From the human T2T-CHM13v2.0 reference genome, Homo sapiens, in NCBI RefSeq assembly GCF_009914755.1, contig NC_060928.1: a stretch of 64,000 bases of DNA. The stretch is one strand, 5' to 3'. The notes beneath the pieces are model-generated. The model was not told where the DNA came from, ran no database searches, and saw nothing but the letters and a program-made list of their open reading frames with translations. Positions 1 through 15,022 of the stretch are shown here, piece by piece (position 1 is the first letter of the stretch; each line of letters begins with the position of its first letter). The position numbers and the translations under genes were made by a program.

Positions 1-1647
1 GCGTGTGATCGTTCTGCTGCTTTTCCCTCATGATAGAGCCGTGAGAAACTCACTGGCCATCTACGGTGTTACCTCACCACCTCCAGGCTTTCTGGGCGCC
101 ACCAGAGGAATTATTCTGCTGCCTTCTGTCTTGAGGGTTATGGGTTTGCTTTTTGATGGCCCTCAAAGCCTGTCTGATAAACACTTCCTGCAACCATTTC
201 TATTTTAGGATCTGAGTACTTCCTTGAGATGTACCAAGAAAAGGGATTAAATGTGTGTCAGGATGCAGATCGACCCAAATCTATGTGAATTTCTCTAGTC
301 TTCTCTCTTGCCTTTGATGATGCATGTGAAATCAGAGGTCAAGGCCCCAGCCAGTGCTGTCTTCAGCATCTTAGTCCTTTTTTCTTCCTCTCTGACCCTC
401 TAATACTCCCTCATAGTGTAAGGTTAGGAGTGAGAAACCTTGCTCATACCTCACTTGATTTCTCCTAAATCTATTATTTTCTGTGTAGAGATGAGATATA
501 CATGTCTTACCCAGAAATCCCATACTATCAAAGTCTAAAATCCATAAAAAACTTCTTGTTTTCCCTATTCTTCCAGAACATTCAACCTTTGAGGCAAAAA
601 GCAAGGAAGCCTCTCATTACTGGCTGAAATAGATTAAGAAATGAGAGAGGGGTCTGGAAACAAGGTGACAGTCATGGGTAAAAGGAAATATAGTATGACT
701 CTGTTCACATGCCATAATGCTATCTTACAGCACGGTGACAAGTTAACAGAATAAATGAAAAATAATAATTATTTTTGTTGATTCCATCTCTTTAATTTTC
801 AAAACCATACAGACATAGATGAGTGTACCAGATTTATTAAAATGTTGCAGGTTTGACTAAAGATAAATAAAACTGTATATCCGCTAAGACATTCTATTAA
901 GAATTCTATCTATTAGTACTGACTTTGTTAGAATGATATCTATTACGGATTATATCATTCTATTAATAGGATTTCCTATTAAGGGGAACATCCAAAAATT
1001 TAGACACTTCGATAAAGCATCTTCTTCAGTGGTCTTTCACTTTGTTTCTGTTGCATTACAAATCATTATCACATTTTTTAGGGGTCCTGAACCTATACAG
1101 GGGTATATCTGCCAAGGTCTACTTGTTAACTAAAAAGGACCAGTAATCTGGGTTGATTAGTCCAGACTAATATAAGGGACAGGTAGTTTAATGTGATGCA
1201 TCGTAAAACAGCCATCTTTGTTCCTCTTTTTCTGGGGTAGTCTTTGTCTCTCCTTTTTGGGCAATCCTAGGAGGGTGTCACATGTGCCTGTTAATGGTTA
1301 CTGCTCAAAACGTTACAAGGATACTGGACCTACTTCAACGTTATTATTTTATGGGTGTAAATATGTTTCTAGTCAAGGTGTGATTGTGGCAGTGGGTAAA
1401 CTAAGTGAGAAGGTGAGAAAGGAGAGGGAACCTGAGGCTGATAGTCTGCTTCCCCAATATTGAGACTGAGATTAGTCTGTGTTAGGAGATATAAGAGAGT
1501 CTATAGTTACAACATTGTCGACACTTGCAAAAATAACTTGAAAATGTGAAAACTTAAATGTAGTGTCATTCAAACAGGCCCGTACCGTTTAGAATTAGCA
1601 GAGAAATTAGGTAAAAGATACTTGCTCTTTTTAACCACTTGCCTATA

Positions 1648-1749
1648 TTTATTAATGCAACAAACAGTTATCAATTATATTTAATGTTTTAGGCAGTTTT
1701 CTCAGAGCTGGGATACGGTGGTAATCAAAACAGGCCACTGTCGCCCTCA
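1648..1749 (-). mobile_element. L2 LINE 3' end relic
   Basis: Degenerate match to the reverse complement of the L2 tail (caacaaacagttatc...aggcagttttctcagagctgggatacggtggtaatcaaaacag...tcgccctca). Confidence 0.55.
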
Positions 1750-1820
1750 ATTTTCAACCTTTCACATCTGCTAAGTCTGCTTATTCCTATGAATCTGCCA
1801 TTTGTATGGTAAGTTTCAGC

Positions 1821-1878
1821 ATGTAACAAACCTGTGTGTGTACACCTTGAATATAAAATCAAAGTTGAAATTACTAAA
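1821..1878 (+). mobile_element. L1 (L1PB/L1MA-type) extreme 3' end fragment
   Basis: atgtaacaaacctgtgtgtgtacaccttgaatataaaatcaaagttgaaatt resembles the L1PB 3' terminus gtaacaaacctgcacatgtacccctgaatctaaaataaaagttgaaa. Confidence 0.65.
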
Positions 1879-3656
1879 ATATATAATAAAGTTCCAGCAA
1901 TATCAAATGGCAGCCCTTTTACTCTATGTTTGCCTTTTACTTTTACTTCTACTTAAAATGTCATCTCCTAACACACAGACACACAACACACCAGTCACCC
2001 ACAATACCCAGTGTTCAATAAAATTTTGGTTAGATTAGGTTCTCATGCATTTTGTAAAAAAGGTAATTTTAATTATAGCAAAAATTGTTTTTTTTTTTAC
2101 ATTTCATTGTTTGATGAACACCAAAGTCTAGGCTTTAAAATTAATGAACTTTTTTTAGTTGGCTCAGGTTGAAGATTCAAAGGATATTAATAACTGAACA
2201 AAATCTAATATTAGTATATTGTAATTAACAAAAAACAAATGTTTCTAAACCTTACCTAAAGTTGTCAAATTATGTGGAACTTTATGTTATATAGGAAACC
2301 AATGGAACATAAGTGGATGTTTGACATAGATTTGTATTTGAACTTCAGCTTTAGCACTTTGGGGAAACTGAGAATCATTTAGTGAACATGGAGAGAGATA
2401 TAATAGAGTAAGGCAAGGTAAGCTAACGTCATGAAAACTTCCCTGAGTTGGAGAATATCTTCTCGAATATGGCAGAATGTGTTCACTAGATTTAATACAT
2501 TTTTGACTCTGTGGTTTTACCACATCACACAAAAAATCAAATACTTGTTCTAATATTTGGTATTCTATTTGATTAGTTTCAGAGAAAATGAACAAGGGTG
2601 CCTGAAGGACATAGCCTGTATATTTCATGATGTCATCACAGCCAAATTAAATAAAGAAATATTCCTGCACATTTACCATGACTATAATTTTATTATCAAC
2701 ATTTATTATTGTCATTAGCTAAATTAAAATACCAGACATTCTATTCTTTCTTAATCTGAATCTACTCTAAATAAAAGCAGTGAATTTTATGAAAGCTCAC
2801 ATGTGACAAAGAGTTGTTTTTTTCTCATGAGAATTCTATCTCTGCTTTTCAGTCTCCCAAGACTTGAATAATTAGTATAAATAGATAGCTTGCATATTGA
2901 GGAGATTTGGAACCAAATATTTTCTGAAGTTTTTTGTTACTGTCGATAAGAGGAAAAAGTACATTTCTTTAATGAGACATTTAAATTTCTCTTTTTGAAA
3001 AGGCAGATACAGTAATGTGTGCTGTGCTTATAAAGGCAAAGGTACATTATTTTAGGAAATACAAAAACAAAGATTATTTACATTTTACTTATTTTTGTTT
3101 AAAAATTAAAAGAACATTTTTATATAAGATGGCCAAGTTGAAAGCTGAGGTTATAGAATGTATTATGTTGACTATGTTGCTAGTTAAGCAAAAGGAATTG
3201 TTTTCAAAATTCATGTGAAGACTTGACAGTGGCGTGGACATACATGCTAAAATATTTCTTTTTTGTTTCTTTGTTTTTTTTTCTTTTTCTTTATCTTTCT
3301 TCACCAATTCTCATACTCTCCTTCCTGTCCATTCTATTGTTTTATCCTTATCTATCTCTGTTTTTTTATTGCTTTTCACCTCTATATTCAAAAGCATTTT
3401 AAATAACAGTCAACATAATTATACCTAAACCAGCCCTACTCTCAGTGTAAAGAGAAAATCTTACAAACAATAAATCTAAACGTAACAATCAGTCTATGTT
3501 ATGAACTCATCTGCGGTATGACACAACATAAGGTAAGTAATGGATAGGTATCAATCTTAATAGAGAAGCACATACTCCTCCTTTTCAGATTCTGGTGGTG
3601 AAATCCATAGTCGCAATACTTGCATCACATGAAATCCTGCCTCTCCCAGTGCCTAA

Positions 3657-4043
<387 letters not shown>

Positions 4044-7000
4044 TAGATTATGTTTTACTTTCATCACAGTCCTCTTTTCCACACATACGTCTTACTTCTC
4101 AATAGGTGGCATTAAATTCATACCATTTTAGAAAAGAAATTAATTCTGATTGACCCTGAAGTCTAGGATCTCTCATCTGAGTCGTAGTATGTAGCCAAAT
4201 TGCTCTAGTTCATTTTTAATACTTTCTTTCCTATCATACAGTAAACTCCTTTAAAAGGCAATCTGACAGTGACTAAAGGTCACTTAAGAAGCGTTAAGAA
4301 TTTAAAAGTGAGTCAGATTATAGGGGGAAATAGGTCAAACAATAAATATATGTCGTTATATTGTGGTATTTCAAGAGGCTCTCCAAATCTTATTTAAAGT
4401 CTCTCCATTTTAATGTGTCCAAGAAAATAAAAGCATAAAAGAAAATCTACTTTTTCATCCTTTGGCCTATTAGAAGCAAGGAGACTGAAAGAACAAAGAT
4501 AAGAACAAAAGAAAATAATCTCAGCATAGTCATAGAGCAATGACAAATTCCTCTTAAATCACAGAAGACAAGAAAATTTAAAAGATTGATAACTCTCAAT
4601 GTAGTATAAATCATATTTTCTATCTATCAACCTGGACCTATCTATCTATATTGTTAGTGGAGGAAGTATTATTTTTTTGACAAGCTGTTGCTCTTAGCAA
4701 CAAGTCATCCTGATATTTTCTTTGATTATAACTAAAGAGCAATATCCATTCTTGTTACATGGGTGTAAAGTATAATTTAAAGCTCATTAAAAGTGTAGCA
4801 GGTGTTCATGTATAAAGTGCAAAAAAATAGAGGAAAGAATTTCTCTATGGCTGAGCTGTCAGTGCTCTAAAAGCCTAATTTATTTTGCATAACCTTTTAG
4901 CAAATAGACATGATTATAATAGAGAGAAGAGAAATGGAAACAATATATGCAGGAAAGTAAAGGGACTTAGCCTTTTGATTTGACCTTGATTCCAACCCTT
5001 AGAAAATATTACAGTCTTTTAACAATTGCAGCTTTGACATATAACACACTTTTCTTCCCAGGAGATAGAAGTTTTTCAGACTTTTTCTTAGCATAAAAGC
5101 TGCTCTAAAGTAGAAAATGAGTAGGTGCATAAACTGAAACAGAGTCAGTTTATATTCATTGCAAAGCAGGGAAAGGAATGAATGTTCAATCATCCAGCCC
5201 TTTCATGGGTTCGTTTTTCATGTGGAAAGCTCCTACTGTGCAGATAGGAAATTCAAACTTGAATTTAAAAGTGAGTATAAGTCTTGCAATTGGAAATGTT
5301 TCTCAATACCTTCAATTGCAGGCCCAAATGAGACAAATGGTATAAAAAAGACTTAAGTCCATAAGATCCAGAGTCAGAACTGAGACTAGAAATTGTAATC
5401 ATTAACACAGTGACACTATTGAGCTGTGGACTTGCCTCACTCTTTTGACAGGTGACTCTCATGAAAGCCAAGCATTTTTTGGAGTTCACTTGATTTTGAG
5501 TAGTTCAAGTTATTAGTATTTTCTGCTTTTAGAAAATAGAAAGAACTATATATTTTTTAAGATGAAAAGTCATATAAAGGGAAAGTTGTGGTATTTGAGA
5601 AAGAATGGTGAGAAATAAAACCTTTACAACTTAATTATTTAAAAGTCGATATCATTTTCTGAGATGTGATGCTATTATTAAAAATTAGCTTTTGAAACAG
5701 AAAAGGCACACATTCATAGCAATAAAAACAAATATATTAAAGTAAAATTCCATGTAATCTTAACAAAACCCAAATTTGATTGAGGGAAGAATGGAGGTAG
5801 ATATGTTCTAAAAGAACTCATTTAATACATGAGGGTGAAAAGGATGGCCAAGAATACTGTTTACTCTTATTTTGTATATAACAAATATGCACTTAAACAT
5901 AATTGTTCACATTAAGGAAGAAATAGTAACAGACAATTGTTTCCTTCTTTCCACTAATGTTATTGTGCGGAAACTGGCGTATTGAAGAGTGTGAAGCGGC
6001 TATGATGTCTGCCTGCATCTAACAGGTTCTAGTAGAAGTTCCAAAAATATATATATTTTGGCTTGAAAAGAGGTTTTTACTTTTAAAAACTAATAATTTA
6101 TATAAAAATAGATATTCCCAAATACCATTCAACAATTAGATTGGGTAGCACTACAACTATAGACCTCAGTTGGTTGTATGCAAAAATTCATCAGAATTGA
6201 GAAATAATTTTCCCTGTCCTTCAAACCCAATAGTAATGACTGATGCCTTTTCAGGTTGGCAGAGTTCCCTTTGTACAGTGCTACCAGTTATCTTCAGACA
6301 GCTTCATGCTTTTATTTTTCTTGCCTATCCTTGGTGGATGTGTGAATTTGTCACTTATAACAAAGCATACATGGTTTTATTTATTCGTAATAAAATAACA
6401 ATCTGTGTCATTCATGCTTTCCAATTTTCTGCACATAGGAGTTACTAAGTAAATATTTGTAGATTGCATGGAACTTTTTAGTCGTGACGACTTGAGATAA
6501 TATTCCAAATACAGTTCCATCCTGGAGCATCTAGCTTGGAAATTTTTAAAGGTGATATAGTTTCGTGTTCTGCCAAGATAAAATTTAAGATTCTTTGATT
6601 CTAGGTAATGTGCACTTCTGGAGCAATTCTTATATTTCATTCTAAGGGAATTTAAACCCTTCTTCCATCATGGATTAAACACATCATTACTTAAAATTAT
6701 ACACCATAAAATTAACTTTCTGCAGCAGATAATTATTAGTCTGTATTTACCAGAAGATAATCTAGCATGAAGGTTCTGCTCTGTTTTGAAAACCTGATGT
6801 CAAGAATACCCACTTCTGTCCACTTTGTATTTGTATTAGAAATCATTCCTTTACTTTCTACAGCATACACCACTATGATCACATTATTGCCTTCTTTCCC
6901 CAGGGTCCTCTGTAAATATTAGTGTGGCTCCGTGGTGGTGCTGAGGTCTGCATTGTGACTATTCCAGTGAAGGAAAAAGGCTCCTCTAAAAATAATCTGC

Positions 7001-7746
7001 AAAATGGTAGTGTGGATTTGGAGACTGAAAGTTCTCGGAGAGGATTAATAGTTCCAATCACTCTATAATGATGTTGAGAATCAGGCTTTCAAAAATGTCA
7101 AAAGTTTATTGAAAATCTTTATCATAATTGAATAGGGTAGTAATAGTTCATTATGACATATTTTGGGCTGTCAGAATTGTATTTGTCTTGAGGGCCATCT
7201 CTTTCATTTGCTTTAAGACAAAAGAATCATTTATCATACAAAGTACTAGTAAGTAGGCTAACTTACATAAAATACTTCAATATGTCCTCAAACTACCATT
7301 ATAAGTAAAGGGTCTCCTTAAATTTTTATGATGGAGGAATATTTAATTATTTACCAGTAATGATTTGAACTGAATATACTCTACATTCTGTTACCTAGTT
7401 TCTAAAAATACCTTCTCTCCCAGTCTACAAGTAGTACATGCTCATTAAATGAATTTTCAAAATACAGGATGATAATGTCTATATCTCTAAAGATATGGTT
7501 TAGGGACCAGGATATTATAGCAATATACAAATTCCAGGGTTTTAGTAGGCAAAATACTCTCTGAAGAAAAGTACAAGTAATCTCTATTGATTCCAGCATT
7601 TATATATTTTACAAAAGAGAAATAAAAAAATAAAAAGAGGTAAATAAAAGAACCTCAAACCTATATAAAAAGAAAATATACATTGTTGCTGTTATCAAAA
7701 ATTGTATAACAAGACAATAGTGGATCCAGATCATGACTTTCAACAG

Positions 7747-8099
7747 TGCTATAGTCTGAACATTTGTGTCCTCTCAAAATTTGCATATTGAAACCCTCGA
7801 GGTGACAGTATTAAGAGGCCATGTCTTTGGCAGATGATTATATCATGAGGTATTCACCCTTATGTATGGGATTAGTTCCCTTTAAAACAAACTCCTGAGA
7901 GCTGTGTTACCCCTTCTTCCTGTGGGCATACAGTGAGAAGGCACTGGCTAAGAGGAACAAACCATCATCAGACACCAAACCTACTGGAGCCCTAATCTTG
8001 GACCTCCCAGCCTTCAAAACTGTGATAAATAAATTTCTGCTATTTATATCATCTACAGTCTGTGGTATTTTGTTACAGCAGCCTGAACTGACGAAGACA
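7747..8099 (+). mobile_element. MaLR solo LTR, MLT1A-like
   Basis: Starts tgctatagtctgaa, has AATAAA (aaataaatttctg), ends gcagcctgaactgacgaagaca. 5-bp TSD aacag/aatag. Confidence 0.88.
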
Positions 8100-9454
8100 A
8101 ATAGGTCACAAAACCATTAGGCAAAATTTTGATTGTGAACTTTGTAATGAAGAATCAGACTGATATCAGATGAAACTGTGATTAAATCTAATACCACAAG
8201 AAAATATTATTTTACCAGTGGGAAACCTGAGGAGAGGATGCCCGCCTGTACTGCTAAAATCAATGTAAGAACAATGGATGATAAAATCAAAAGGAAGTGA
8301 TTTTCTTCCCGGATGGTAGCTCAGGATTCTGCAAACTGCACGGGGAAGTCCAGTGACATGAAACATAGACTAGCAATGGCTGAAGAACATATTATTTGAT
8401 GGGCCAGAATTCAACCTTATGTGACCCAAGAATATAAAATGTTTGAAAGGAAAAAGCCAAGACATCCTGGGCTCTGTGCCTAGTCCGGTCAGGAGAGGAG
8501 GCGAGCTTAGTTGCTCACAAGTGTTTAGGGAGCCCAGGGTTCAATCAAAACTGGTAAAATCCCCTCCCCCCCCTGTTTTATATAATGAAAGTTCAATTCA
8601 CACTTAATCTATTTGTTGAAATTAATTATTGATTTCTTAAAAAAACCATTTACAATGATTTTACCTAATGTTCACATGTTTGCCTAATTTACCTAAATGG
8701 GAAGAAAAAACATTGTGAGGAAGGGAGGGAGGGCAGTCTTCTTTCCCAAATGAATATTTTATTTATTGAAGGGAAGAAATATACGTAGAACTATAGAAAC
8801 AGAAGCTTACAGTGCAGAAGAAGCAGCTAATTCATTGGCTTCTGGTGTGTGTTTTTGTATAATTATCTTTTCAACTCTCTCTGTTTCTTAAAACATTATC
8901 TCCAATCCCTGCCATACCTTATTCTGTTTAATTTCCAATTTATTCTCTATTATGTTCAGCACATAAAATTACAATTTGCTTTTTCTCTTTTATATTCAAA
9001 ACTAAAAGGTTTTAGTTCATAATCTCCTTCTGATTAAAATTCTTTCTCTAAATTAGTTTCATTGGTGTTTGCTGCAGCATACAGACAGCAGTCACTCCAT
9101 ATCATTTATCCTCCAGATAGAGAATTTTAACTGCAAATTGGGGTTTTCTTACTTTTCTCTGTGAGCAAGCTGTCACTTTCATGAAACACTTCAAATTGTG
9201 CAATAGCCCTTCTTGTCCTGACTTCTCCCAGATTTGTCTTTAATTCCTTATTCTGAACTCCATCCTTCCTCATCTGAGACACCCTTGTAAAACAAAAAAT
9301 TCCTAATCTGGAGATTACCCAAACCTTTTTCCCTATGTAGCAAGTGTATGGAGTAATTGCTTAACTCTTATCTACTGCCCCATGGAGTTTTAGGTATAAC
9401 ATTACTACCAGTGATGGAAATGCTGTATGTGGAACATCTTGTAGAGAAAGCCAC

Positions 9455-9605
9455 TCCTAATTTATCCTTGTAGCAACTTCATGAATCAGACTCTATACTT
9501 AACCTAATTTTATCGACAAGAAAACTAGAATTTGCTGTAGTTTGGTAAATTGCTCAAGACTGCACAGTAAATAAATAGGGTAAATCAGGATTTGATCCCA
9601 GGTCA
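9455..9605 (-). mobile_element. MIR SINE relic
   Basis: Core-like ttttatcgacaagaaaactag...ttgctcaagactgcacagtaaataaat...caggatttgatcccaggtc. Confidence 0.65.
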
Positions 9606-10859
9606 CCCTGGTCCTACTCTCCCATGTACTGAGATTTCCCCTATCACCCTCCACACTCCTTACATAGGCTATCTAGGACTGGTTGTTTATTCTAAACACT
9701 ACGGCTAGCATTATGTATTCTCAAAGCTAATTATTCTAAAAACTCTGGATGCAGGTAAACAGTGCTAGACCTGGAAACACACAGAGAGTCCAGATTTCAT
9801 TTCTATTTTAGGAAGCCATCTGGGCTTGGCTGGCCTTACATGCTCTCACACCCATTCTCGGTTTCCAGGCCTGATATGATACTCTCCATGGGAAGATATC
9901 ACGCTGATACCCGAGACCAATAGATTAGGAGCTCAGTACATAAATGAGAATGCCCAGAAAGAATGAAGCTAAAGCAATCAGAGCAGGTTTACTCTGCTTT
10001 CTCTACAACCAGCTGAGAAAAGTGAACTTTAGCACTGATGTTTGTAGTTATTCTATTCATACCATTTCCAAACAATCTTCTTCTAACATAAATAGCACTA
10101 CTGTTCTTTCCCAATTACCTCTGGCCACCTTTACTAAATGACCTTTAATGGTATATCCTTGAAAATTAAGGCTTTAACCACCACATAAGCCAGAAAAAGT
10201 ACATTATTCTAATTGCAGGTAATTTCTTGAGCACGATGAACTGTATAACTATGCATTCTAACTTATGCTATGACCCTGCCATTGCATTTTCTCAGTCTTT
10301 TTCTGCTTGACACAAAAATACCTGGAAAGGAAAAAAATAAAATTACAAGAGTATAAAAAGAGAGAAAAATCAGTAAACATAATTTTAACATGACTATATA
10401 GGCCAGTGTATATCCACATTTTTATTTTGAAAAGACTTCTATAAATGATTCTCATGTTAATGAATGCACAATATCCCATTAAGAATAAATATTACAGTTT
10501 ACACCACTCTTTTCTTATTGCTTGATATTTAGGTATAATTAATTTGTCCTTTTATTGCTATATATTTATGTAATGAATAGCTCTTAGTTATAAGACCATT
10601 TCTGTGTGTAGGTTTAGGATCAGGTTTCTAATAAAAAGTAACTAGGTCAATTAATATAAATATTTTTAAAGACATCACATACTCAAAAATTCTTGATGCT
10701 AAAGATGTGTTATTTTTCTGTAGTCAAAAAACATATACTCAATGATTCAGGTTATTCAAAAAAAGTCAAAAGTACGGACATTTGAACAGTCTAAAAATGT
10801 AATATTATTGAAAATAGTGATTAAAATATTATATGTACATTTTTGTAGGACAACAGTTT

Positions 10860-11090
10860 GGCAGACATGTTAAGCACACCAGGTTCTCAGAAAGAACTGG
10901 GTTCACATTTGCCATCTACATTTATTTTCATATTTACTTAAGTTATTTAGTGTCTGTATTTTTCTAATACCTGAAATTTGAAATAATAGCAGTTCTACAT
11001 TATAGTTGTATTTTAAGTAGCACATGGTATAATAATTTAAAGGGCATAGTTAAATGTTGGGTGCATAGTGAGCCATCATTAAATGTAAGT
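10860..11090 (+). mobile_element. MIR SINE relic
   Basis: gttaagcac...ctgggttcac...ttacttaagttattta...gtgcatagtgagccatcattaaatgt follows the MIR layout. Confidence 0.55.
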
Positions 11091-11104
11091 AAGTTTTAAT
11101 TTAG

Positions 11105-11322
11105 CAGAGGCCTTGTGGCGCAATGCTGAGGAATACGTGCTCTGGAGGGAGGCTGCCTGAATTTGAACTTCAGTTGTTTGAACTCTCTATACCTCTGTTT
11201 CTTCAGAAGTAAAAATGGAAATAAACACAGCACTTATCTCGGTTATTATCTGTATTACATGAGTTCAAAAATATACAGAATAGGGTCTGGCTCAGAGTAA
11301 ACATCGAAGAATATTATTTGTA
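11105..11322 (+). mobile_element. MIR SINE relic
   Basis: gctctggag...gctgcctgaatttgaac...cctctgtttcttcagaagtaaaaatggaaataa...gtctggctcagagtaaaca. Confidence 0.6.
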
Positions 11323-14300
11323 TTACTGGAAATTACCAGTAGGCTAATTTTCTACTCTGTTTTTAATTATCAGCTATCTTCATTACCAAAAGATAGATTG
11401 CTTAGTAGTTTTCACAGATAAAACAATTGAGCAATTTAATCTCCAAATAACTATTAATTTGTTGCTACAAAATACCGAGTCTCAACAGTATCCAACATCC
11501 ATAACTGCGGTACCCGGGTAAAACAAAGCTGCCACTGTGCAACACAGTGGTCTGTACACATTCTGCTGTCAGGCAAGAATTGCTGAATATAACTTTAGAG
11601 CTCTATTCTTAAAATAAAATGTTAAATAAAAACTTTCATTTAAGAGCCTTAAAAAAGACAGTTTTTTTTTGTAATAGAATATTTCCAAGGTTAACTGTAA
11701 GTAGCTAAATTTTTTTCATGATAAATTTAGATTTTTACCACCACCCCCTTTTCCCCATTCAAATGTGTTCTCAAGGTTAAAATGGCTGTGATTTTCAGGT
11801 TTGTGTAGATTTAAATTAATGTACAATTTATACAACGACACACATATGTGTATATATATATATTCATTTTTTTTTAATTTATTTATAAATGTAAAATGAC
11901 GTTACTATTTCGTCAAAAAGTTTTCAGGCATTAGGAAAAAGTTAGGATACTTATATGAATATCATTTATTATTTATTTTGGAATAACAGAACTTCTCCAG
12001 TGAAACTAACTAAAAAGATCATGAGTTTGGTTATTGTAAATATCTTTATTACAGAAGTTAAAAAAAGTCATTGATTTTTATGCAGAGTTATTGTTATTAC
12101 TAAGTCAAAAAAATTTCAATTTCACATCTTTAAATACATTTTTACAATAAATTATTAAGGTTTAGAATATGAAAAGCAAATTACAAGCAATAAATCATGC
12201 TGAAATAGACTATGTTTCCAATTAAATAAATCATTTAGATAGGCTCTTCTTTCTAAGAACCGTAAGTTTGGGTTTTAAATATTTCTAAAACATTGATTCA
12301 TATATTTTTAAGAGTTATAATTTTTCCCACACTCCTCACCTGCGAAAATAAACTTCATAGGTATTTTCCTAATGCAAGTTTTCAATTCGACCCAACTCCT
12401 AACTTGCCAGTAGGGAAGTTCAATTTCCTTTGTGTTTTAAGATTTTTTTCCATCTCAGGATCATACAGCAATTAGAAGAGTTTATATAGGCAATAGACCT
12501 CAACCCTGTTCCTCTGTGGTTAAGTCATAATTGTTGCTCCTCTTCCTCAGGCTGAGCCTAGTGGAGTCCTTTTCCTCCAGGGGCCACACAGATGGTCCGG
12601 ATGGGCTCAGAGATGGCCCTCACAGCAGCCGAGCTGGCCATGCAGAATGGAAAATGCTGCAGATCCTCATTCATGCGTCTGGCTCTCACGTGTACATTCT
12701 ACAGCCACATAACCAAATCAGGACAAGAAGAATAAAGGCCTACTACCCTCAAACAAATAAGGCAACAAACAAGGAAAACAATCATAATAGCTTTTCCCTT
12801 GTCAGCCTGAGTCAACTCTCCCTGTCATTTTGAATTGGCTTCTACAACCTTCTCCGCTTAACCCTTAACAAGGCTCTCTACCCTTTCTCTCCACAGTGCC
12901 TTTATCTCTTAAAACAAGCAGAGGACTTAGTGGGATGTATCTTAGGAGGTACCTTTCAACATCTCATATTTTTTTTTGCCCTGAAATATGATAGGTGTTA
13001 AAAACTGCCTGAAGAATGTGAGCTCCAACCAGAACTGTAGATATTGTGGCAGTGAACTCTTCATTTCACAAGTCTCCTACGACAGCAAGTATGCAATAAA
13101 AATAGCTAATAATTCCATACATTATCCTTCCATCTAACTTTTATTTGTTCCACAAAAAGTTGTACTTTAAAAAAAAGAAATGTAGTAAACAGTACAGATA
13201 ATGCTAAGAAGGTTCCAATACAATGAACAGAAGTGAAAATATAGTCTCTGGAATGATTTATAAGGACAATTTTCTAATCAACATTACTCCGAACAAAAAG
13301 ATGGCAACTTAGAGATGAAAGAAAGAGCTTTCTGCTCAAAAGTATTTTTTTAATCCAGTTCCTGATGCTTGAACTTCTTTTACTTCTTGAAATTGTTTAA
13401 TCAAGGGATATGATACAACCATTAACATCCATAGCTTTATGACTACAGATGAAATAGGTGAAACTTTTTGGCCAGTAAATAACAGTTGTAAACATTCCTT
13501 ATCCCCTCTTTCTTGAAAAGAGTATTCTCATATTCTAATAGTGGGTTGGAGGAATAACTAGAGAAAAAATTAAAATGAATGTAGAAACAATGTGTTTGAA
13601 AGCAGAGAGGTAAAAGAAGAAGAAAACCAAATCAAAATAAAATAAACACCAAATAGACACAGTAAAACAAGCATCTTTTTTTCCTCTGGGACCAGATTGG
13701 GCAATTCTCCATGTAAAAGCAAATACTTGTATAAGTAGACCATTTGCATTCCAACCATTCCAATTTCAGTGTATTGCTAGTCACATGCTCAAAAAGCCTC
13801 AGAGTGACTATATAGTCATTTTCTTACAATTCTTGTTCATCTTCTAAAAAATGAAGACTGTAACGCTCATAAATCCCTTTGGGATCTGCAGATGAAAGCA
13901 CTATGTAGCTGTTAAGTAGTAATAATATCTATTAGCAGAGGATCATTTACATAGCATAGAATCATTTACATCAAACACTCTGAATTTTTTTTAATGCTCA
14001 ACTGCTCAAAATGAATATAATAAGAAAAAATAGAAACCTCCAGTACAAATGGTAGTTTTCATAATTTTGTATTTGAATGCTGGATACATTGTCAAAAAAA
14101 AACAAATGTACCAACCATACTTCTCTTCCAAAGGTTTATTATGGAATGTGAGCTGCCTTAGAATTTATGAAAACTGTACCTTACTTTTTGGAGGTTTATA
14201 TATATATTATTTTTGTGTTTTCCTAACAATAGGTCAATATCCAAATTGAATTCAAAATATCTTTAATAAACTCTTATTTATTCATTTCATTCAGTATTGT

Positions 14301-14485
14301 AGAATTAGATGTCCTGTTTTGTTCTGAAAATGGCATACTTATTTTAAAACTGAAACAATGGTTTTAATTGCCAATATTATTTCTTAATCCCAAGAAAATT
14401 ACTAAATAAGTTTCTGCTGAATACACTGATGAGGAAATAAGATTCAGATTAGTTTATGCCTTAGTCATCTTAGTTACTAGATTTA

Positions 14486-15022
<537 letters not shown>

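Noticed and set aside
90-115. Possible CTCF motif around gcgccaccagagg
   Set aside because: Matches only part of the core (CCACCAGAGG followed by aatt rather than GCGC); too weak to call.
6885-7060. Acceptor-like cttctttccccag followed by mixed-composition sequence
   Set aside because: All three plus frames stop within about 45 nt and no strong donor is evident.
8230-8500. Possible CR1/L3 relic
   Set aside because: Similarity is too faint to support without an HMM search.
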